Shown here one piece after another: positions 52,496-56,757 of a stretch of 56,757 bases of DNA. How positions within the stretch are numbered: the first letter of the stretch is position 1; the number at the start of each line of letters is the position of its first letter. Source of the DNA: Rickettsiales bacterium (GTDB taxonomy: Bacteria; Pseudomonadota; Alphaproteobacteria; Micavibrionales; GCA-2720935); contig PBIV01000056.1 of NCBI GenBank assembly GCA_002720935.1, positions 1 to 56,757 on the forward strand. Direction: 5' to 3'. The notes under the pieces were generated by a model, which worked only from the letters and a program-made list of their open reading frames with translations, had not been told where the DNA came from and did not search any database. A program made the translations under genes and the position numbers.

Positions 52496-52741
52496 TTGTC
52501 TCATTTCCCTAACGATAGACAGCTAAAAGTGACCATTAGCACTATACTCGATTTTGGTCACATCTTTTCAACTCTAATCATTATCGTTTTTCTAGTTACT
52601 TGGGGAATTAACGTAGAAAACCGTCTCACATATCTTGAGACACAATCAATCGCTACTGAGAAGCGCATGGATAGGGAGATCCAGTATATTCGAGATAGCC
52701 TTGGGCGCATTGAATTAAAAATCGATCAAAAAAATCAATAA
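52496..52741 (+). CDS. Small single-TM protein (TTG start), possible holin or holin-associated protein
   Basis: AAGGAGG RBS 6 nt before the TTG. One TM segment (IFSTLIIIVFLVTWGI) and a coiled C-terminus. Precedes the endolysin. Confidence 0.4.
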   Translation: MSHFPNDRQLKVTISTILDFGHIFSTLIIIVFLVTWGINVENRLTYLETQSIATEKRMDREIQYIRDSLGRIELKIDQKNQ

Positions 52742-52754
52742 TAAAGGACATATT

Positions 52755-53159
52755 ATGCCTGTTTTACCATCACAGCACTTTACTGTGGCTGAATTCGCTG
52801 ACCCTGTAACCAATACATTTGAGTTTGAGCACGGCTTTATTGATCATTTGGAACTTTTGCGCTCTGCCTGTGGATTTCCATTTATAGTAACAAGCGGATG
52901 TCGTTCATCTGAACATTTAGCTTATTTAAAGTCTCGTGGTTATCCCGCAAGTGAAAACAGCTTCCATCTCATGGATAATAAGAAATATGGCACGAAAACA
53001 TGTGCGGTGGATATTAAAAGACCATCAAGTTCAAACCTGCATAAGCTTCTCATGCATGCCACTAAATATGGATGGACGGTCGGTATTGCGAAAACATTTA
53101 TTCATTTAGATCTTCGCTCAAAATACACGGATAAAAAAGCAATCATTTACAGCTATTAA
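52755..53159 (+). CDS. Endolysin, peptidase M15 (zinc D-Ala-D-Ala carboxypeptidase-like) family
   Basis: VTSGCRSSEHLAYLKSRGYPASENSFHLMD...CAVDI...FIHLDLR gives an H..D...H zinc-ligand pattern. Confidence 0.7.
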   Translation: MPVLPSQHFTVAEFADPVTNTFEFEHGFIDHLELLRSACGFPFIVTSGCRSSEHLAYLKSRGYPASENSFHLMDNKKYGTKTCAVDIKRPSSSNLHKLLMHATKYGWTVGIAKTFIHLDLRSKYTDKKAIIYSY

Positions 53160-53181
53160 CCAAGAAAGGAACGGTGATCAA

Positions 53182-53346
53182 ATGGATTATCTAAAGAAGG
53201 CTCTTAACTGGGTCAAAGAAAATAAGAAAAAGACTATCACAGGCGTTGTGGGTCTAGCAGGTTTTGTTGGCTATGCAATCGAACCTGAAATTGTAGACCA
53301 CGCTTTAAGCCTCGCTCTATTCTTAGTCGAGACCTTTGGCGCATAA
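53182..53346 (+). CDS. Small membrane protein (54 aa, hand-called), holin candidate
   Basis: MDYLKKALNWVKENKKKTITGVVGLAGFVGYAIEPEIVDHALSLALFLVETFGA. The stop overlaps the next ATG. Confidence 0.4.
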   Translation: MDYLKKALNWVKENKKKTITGVVGLAGFVGYAIEPEIVDHALSLALFLVETFGA

Positions 53347-53555
53347 TGTCATATTTAAACTATATAAAATGGGCGGTCATATTTCTTGGCCGTCTATTGC
53401 CTTTTTTATTTGCCTATTTCCAAGGTAAAGAATCTCAAAAGAAAGCAGAGCTTGAAGATGAATTGGAAAGTATTGAGCAGGCCCGCATTATTCGTGATCG
53501 CATTGATAATGATGACGACGCTCGTAAAAGGGTGCAAGACCACTTCCGCGGGTAG
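53346..53555 (+). CDS. i-spanin (Rz-like) candidate
   Basis: N-terminal TM segment, then a charged coiled region QKKAELEDELESIEQARIIRDRI. Confidence 0.5.
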   Translation: MSYLNYIKWAVIFLGRLLPFLFAYFQGKESQKKAELEDELESIEQARIIRDRIDNDDDARKRVQDHFRG

Positions 53556-53664
53556 CTTTTGCAATATCTATAAACCCATTAAATACAAAAAAGAATTTGT
53601 AGAGGACTATATTAGCCTGCAAATTGATAAAAATAACGCAGTTTATTTAGAACAGTGTCAATAA
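53458..53664 (+). CDS. o-spanin (Rz1-like) lipoprotein candidate, overlapping the i-spanin in the +1 frame
   Basis: MNWKVLSRPALFVIALIMMTTLVKGC is a signal peptide with a Cys after a Gly. It starts inside the Rz-like gene and extends beyond it. Confidence 0.4.
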   Translation: MNWKVLSRPALFVIALIMMTTLVKGCKTTSAGSFCNIYKPIKYKKEFVEDYISLQIDKNNAVYLEQCQ

Positions 53665-53792
53665 GACACGAGGGTCAAGGGTGCGCCAACACCCTCAACC
53701 GTAAGTCATAACCTTACATGAACATGAACGGCCGATACATGGCCATCTCGCATCCCCATGGGAGCAATCATTTAACATGAAAGGTATTAATA

Positions 53793-54590
53793 ATGTCTTT
53801 ACAAGAAATTCAACCCCTCCAACCTATAGCAGCATATCTTGGTGGAAAAAGTAAATTAGCAAAAACAATCACACGAATAATTAACGAAACAGAACATAAA
53901 ATTTACGCCGAGCCTTTTATCGGAATGGGCGGTGTATTTTTAAGGCGGAACTTTATTCCTCAGTCAGAGATAATAAATGACTATAATAAAGAGGTTTCAA
54001 ATTTCTTCAGGATACTACAGCGTCACTATAATCCGTTTATGGACACTTTAAAATGGCGTTTAAGTTCAAGAGCAGAGTTCAATCGCTTATTGAGTGTTAA
54101 TATAGAAACATTAACCGACCTAGAGAGGGCAGCTAGATTTTTATATCTTCAAAAAAATGCATTTGGCGGGAAAGCAGCAGGGCAAAGTTTTGGTGTAACT
54201 AAAGAACGATCTGGCCGCTTTAATATTTATAAGCTTGCTTCTATTCTTGAAGAAGTTCATGAGCGTTTATCTGGTGTAACTATCGAATGCCTAGATTATA
54301 AAGAGTTCATCAAAAGGTATGATCACAAAGATATACTGTTCTATTTAGACCCCCCTTATTTTGGTTGTGAAAAAGACTACGGCAATGATCTCTTTTCGCG
54401 TTTTGAATTTGAGTTCATGGCCGCCATTCTTAAGAAAATAAAAGGTAAATTCATTCTGTCTTTAAACGATCACGAAAAGGTACGAGAGATTTTCAAAGAC
54501 TTTAATATTGATGCGGTGGAAACCACTTATAGTATTTCAGTTACAAAAGAAAAAACTCGTTACGGCGAAGTTCTGATTAAGAATTATTAA
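53793..54590 (+). CDS. dam: DNA adenine methyltransferase, Dam (D12 class) family
   Basis: AYLGGKSKLA...EPFIGMGGVFL...FYLDPPYF motifs. Confidence 0.8.
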   Translation: MSLQEIQPLQPIAAYLGGKSKLAKTITRIINETEHKIYAEPFIGMGGVFLRRNFIPQSEIINDYNKEVSNFFRILQRHYNPFMDTLKWRLSSRAEFNRLLSVNIETLTDLERAARFLYLQKNAFGGKAAGQSFGVTKERSGRFNIYKLASILEEVHERLSGVTIECLDYKEFIKRYDHKDILFYLDPPYFGCEKDYGNDLFSRFEFEFMAAILKKIKGKFILSLNDHEKVREIFKDFNIDAVETTYSISVTKEKTRYGEVLIKNY

Positions 54591-54605
54591 TTACAAAAAC
54601 AGTTA

Positions 54606-54627
54606 CTGACCAGTAAAAGACCAGTAA
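54606..54627 (+). promoter_or_regulatory. Candidate integrase arm-type sites beside attR
   Basis: CTGACCAGTAA (54606-16) and GACCAGTAA (54619-27), in the same orientation as the pair at 16134-56. Confidence 0.5.
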
Positions 54628-54704
54628 AAACATGTTTGTTCTTACTTCGTTCGCACTTAAAAGCCTGTAAAAACAATTAAAAATCAAATAGTTATGTTTT
54701 AATA

Positions 54705-54774
54705 GCTACGTTGACATCGTAGAGGTCACAAGTTCGAATCTTGTTATGCCCACCATTTAAATCAATGACTTAGC
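54705..54774 (+). repeat. attR core (70-bp direct repeat, pseudo-3' part of tRNA-Val)
   Basis: Identical by eye to 16036..16105. Confidence 0.9.
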
Positions 54775-54804
54775 AATAAAATCAGGGGCTTTGTTTTTTT
54801 GATC

Positions 54805-54880
54805 GGTCTGTTACGTGGTCTGTAACGTCTATTTTGTTCTACCTCTGTTCTCAAAACTCTTTTGGGTACCGTATGGGCAT
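54805..54880 (-). pseudogene. Remnant of an older related integrative element: two diverged arm-site repeats plus the last ~17 codons of an integrase gene
   Basis: GGTCTGTTACGT/GGTCTGTAACGT tandem, then CTATTTTGTTCTACCTCTGTTCTCAAAACTCT...TATGGGCAT. This aligns with the int 3' end CTATTTCTTGCGTCCTCTGTTTTCAAAACTCT...AATGGGCAT at 16160-16230. Confidence 0.65.
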
Positions 54881-54915
54881 AAAAAAACAGACCCTCAAAC
54901 GGGGTCTATTTTTAA
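54881..54915 (-). terminator. Intrinsic (bidirectional-looking) terminator downstream of sodC
   Basis: AGACCC-tcaaacg-GGGTCT hairpin (54889-54907) flanked by an A-run and a T-run. Confidence 0.65.
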
Positions 54916-54940
54916 AATTTAATAAAAACATCAAGAATGA

Positions 54941-55537
54941 TTATTTCTCAATAACAGCGCACGCAACGCGACCACCAGCATCACCAGTTGGCTGTGAGGT
55001 GTAATCATCTGTTCCTGCATGGATGATAAAGGCTGAACCGTCTTCATCAAAAACAGACGCTCTGTCCCCATCATTTTCATCATGCAATGTAATCATCTCA
55101 TTAATCAGTTCTGCCTTTACAACACCATTTTCATTGGCATAAACATTGGGTAGGTCGCCAGCATGAGGGCCTTTATGTTGTACCATACCATGGTCATTAT
55201 TCATGGGGTTAAAATGTGATCCAGTATTTGTAAATGGACTAACATCCTCGCCCGTCATTAATGGAGTGCAATCAGCTGTCTCATGAATATGAATGGCGTG
55301 ATAGCCTTCTGAAACACCTTTTACATCCAACTTGATTAAAACATTTTTACCAAAATCTTCTAAAGTGGCAGTCCCGATTTCTTCGCCTTGCGGGTTAACA
55401 AAAGTGGCTTTAGCTGTTTTTGTTGCTGGTGCCATCGCATTTGTTGTGTTCATTGCGCCTGCTACCAAAGCAATGCCTAAGAAGGCCGTTAAAACGCTTC
55501 TAATGATTAGTGATGAATATTTTGAATTTAAAATCAT
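54941..55537 (-). CDS. sodC: Periplasmic Cu,Zn superoxide dismutase
   Basis: Signal peptide, then GYHAIHIHETADC, GSHFNP, HAGDLPN and IIHAGTDDYTSQPTGDAGGRVACAVI. Confidence 0.9.
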   Translation of the reverse strand: MILNSKYSSLIIRSVLTAFLGIALVAGAMNTTNAMAPATKTAKATFVNPQGEEIGTATLEDFGKNVLIKLDVKGVSEGYHAIHIHETADCTPLMTGEDVSPFTNTGSHFNPMNNDHGMVQHKGPHAGDLPNVYANENGVVKAELINEMITLHDENDGDRASVFDEDGSAFIIHAGTDDYTSQPTGDAGGRVACAVIEK

Positions 55538-55584
55538 AAAATAACTCCTTTTCTTTATCCCTTTTTAAGGTAGTGCAGATAGTC

Positions 55585-55627
55585 ATAAAAGAAAGCCCAT
55601 AGCTCTGATAAAAAAGCTAGGGCTTTC
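55585..55627 (-). terminator. Intrinsic terminator hairpin between the TPP aptamer and sodC (probable expression platform)
   Basis: The minus strand reads GAAAGCCCTAGCT-tttttatcag-AGCTATGGGCTTTC followed by TTTTAT. Confidence 0.6.
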
Positions 55628-55632
55628 CAGTG

Positions 55633-55717
55633 ATAGCTTCCTAAACGCCAGTGCTAACTGGATCAGGTTCTAAGGGTTCTTCTCAGCTGGCTAGAACAAG
55701 CCCAGCGCCCCTGCTAT
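55633..55717 (-). promoter_or_regulatory. TPP (thiamine pyrophosphate, THI-box) riboswitch aptamer
   Basis: The minus strand reads AUAGC-AGGGGCGC-UGGGCUUGUUCUAGCCAG-CUGAGA-AGAACCC-UUAGAACCUGAUCCAGUUAGCACUGGCGUUUAGGAA-GCUAU. It matches E. coli thiM GGGGUGC...CUGAGA..ACCC..ACCUGAUCUGGAUAAUGCCAGCGUAGGGAA, with a P1 stem ATAGC/GCTAT. Confidence 0.8.
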
Positions 55718-55762
55718 TGATGTTCTTAAAACGTTTTAAAACCGATTTAAGTTCAATTTTTT

Positions 55763-56188
55763 TTAAGCTGCTAAACAAATCTCATTGAGAGCTGTTCCAC
55801 AAGCATCTTTATTCTCATAGGCTTTTGTCAGATCGCCTAAAGAGACCATACCAATTAGTCTTTTTTCTTCATTGTTGTTAAGAACAACAAGACGTCTTAC
55901 AGCGTTGCTCGCCATGTTTTGTAAGATATCTTCAACATCATCTTCTTCATAACAATAAAGAACATTTGGAGTTTGGCATTCTTCTGCTGTCATGGTTACA
56001 GGATCTAAAGATTCAGCCGCACAACGAAGCGCAATATCACGATCGGTAATAATGCCTTCAATACGGTCATCCAGAGCAACCAAAATTGCACCACAATCAT
56101 GCTCTTTCATCAGCCTTGCGACTTCCGCAATCGGGGTATCTGGCTCAACATATTGAACATTTTCATTTAACGCGTCTCTAATAATCAT
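55763..56188 (-). CDS. CBS-domain pair protein
   Basis: 141 aa with two CBS repeats (...MKEHDCGAILVALDDRIEGIITDRDI... and ...MASNAVRRLVVLNNNEEKRLIGMVSLGDL). Confidence 0.75.
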   Translation of the reverse strand: MIIRDALNENVQYVEPDTPIAEVARLMKEHDCGAILVALDDRIEGIITDRDIALRCAAESLDPVTMTAEECQTPNVLYCYEEDDVEDILQNMASNAVRRLVVLNNNEEKRLIGMVSLGDLTKAYENKDACGTALNEICLAA

Positions 56189-56275
56189 AACCTTTTCTCC
56201 TTATACATTTAGAGTTTTTCCTATTACGACACTCTTAAAACGAACGGGGAAATTGCTTTGTTCAGAAAAATTATA

Positions 56276-56638
56276 TTATTTTTTGACTATGAAAAATGCT
56301 TGCATTGCGAGATAGAGCCATGAGCCCATTAAAACCATACCGCCAATTGGCGTGATATAAGTGATTTCTTTGATATTGAAAATTATAGATGCATAAATGC
56401 TAAAAGAGAATAAAATCGCCCCAGCAAGAAAGGCGAGTGCTGAGCGATAAAGCTTTAAATCTTGCGGGGCTAAGGTTAGAGCAACAGATAAAACCGCATA
56501 AATCATATTATAGCGAATAGCCGTTTCTAAACTCGCAACTCGATCTGGCGTAATTTCGAAATAATGATCGCCTAATGCCCCCATTAAAACAGAAACAAAG
56601 CCAAGCATAGCCGCGACGGATAATATTTTATATTTCAT
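56276..56638 (-). CDS. DUF423 (YgdD-like) small inner-membrane protein
   Basis: 120 aa with four TM segments. The GALGDH motif is typical of DUF423. Confidence 0.65.
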   Translation of the reverse strand: MKYKILSVAAMLGFVSVLMGALGDHYFEITPDRVASLETAIRYNMIYAVLSVALTLAPQDLKLYRSALAFLAGAILFSFSIYASIIFNIKEITYITPIGGMVLMGSWLYLAMQAFFIVKK

Positions 56639-56644
56639 GTTAAA

Positions 56645-56757
56645 TTATCGAGAAATAGGATTAAATTTGCCAGAAGCACGATTATATAAAAACTCGCGTC
56701 TATCTTTTTGATAAGGATTTACAACAACATGAATTCTTGATTTAGACGCTGTTTTAA
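56645..56757 (-). CDS. Unidentified protein, C-terminal 36 codons only (ORF open to the window edge)
   Basis: The minus frame reads ...KTASKSRIHVVVNPYQKDRREFLYNRASGKFNPISR-stop, ending 6 nt before the next gene. Confidence 0.3.
   Translation of the reverse strand, partial: KTASKSRIHVVVNPYQKDRREFLYNRASGKFNPISR

Noticed and set aside
53665-53792. GC-rich hairpins (GAGGGT...ACCCTC, CATGGCCATCTCGCATCCCCATGG) between the lysis genes and dam, considered as an ncRNA or terminator
   Set aside because: The stems are short, there is no U-run and no recognisable family motif. The evidence is insufficient.

Overview
AT-rich bacterial chromosome segment. GcrA and the ffs-dnaX-ybaB synteny point to an alphaproteobacterium, possibly an intracellular Holosporales/Rickettsiales-like lineage. 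It holds two mobile elements separated by housekeeping genes. (1) Bases 1-4708 are the right end of an integrative island at tRNA-Tyr(GTA). It has a P4-type integrase, an AlpA-like regulator, HTH genes and a Rep-less iteron origin. (2) Bases 4.8-16 kb are backbone: an orphan cI/cro-like pair, an outer-membrane protein, rlmB-like methyltransferase, M48 peptidase plus DUF898, xthA, ybaB, dnaX, SRP RNA and tRNA-Val(GAC). (3) Bases 16036-54774 are a 38.7-kb temperate prophage in tRNA-Val, bounded by perfect 70-bp att repeats. It carries int/xis, an early-left operon (SSB, DUF2303, GcrA, tRNA-Met), a cI/cro switch, VRR-NUC, two adenine methyltransferases, an HslV-like peptidase, a RelE/HigA-type TA pair and a Rep gene with an internal origin. 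The late region has a lambda-like head module, a Mu-like contractile tail and a lysis cassette. (4) The right flank holds a decayed older integrase remnant, then sodC behind a TPP riboswitch, a CBS-domain gene and DUF423. Best leads: a prophage moron with a cyclodipeptide-synthase-like gene coupled to an XRE regulator and facing a WYL-TerB protein; a GCGGTGG heptamer seen about 31 times and only inside the two mobile elements; origin mimicry between island and prophage; the TPP riboswitch upstream of sodC; a tRNA-like structured RNA beside the phage tRNA; and a lone HEPN-motif gene. All calls come from reading the sequence and remembered family motifs. No searches were run.
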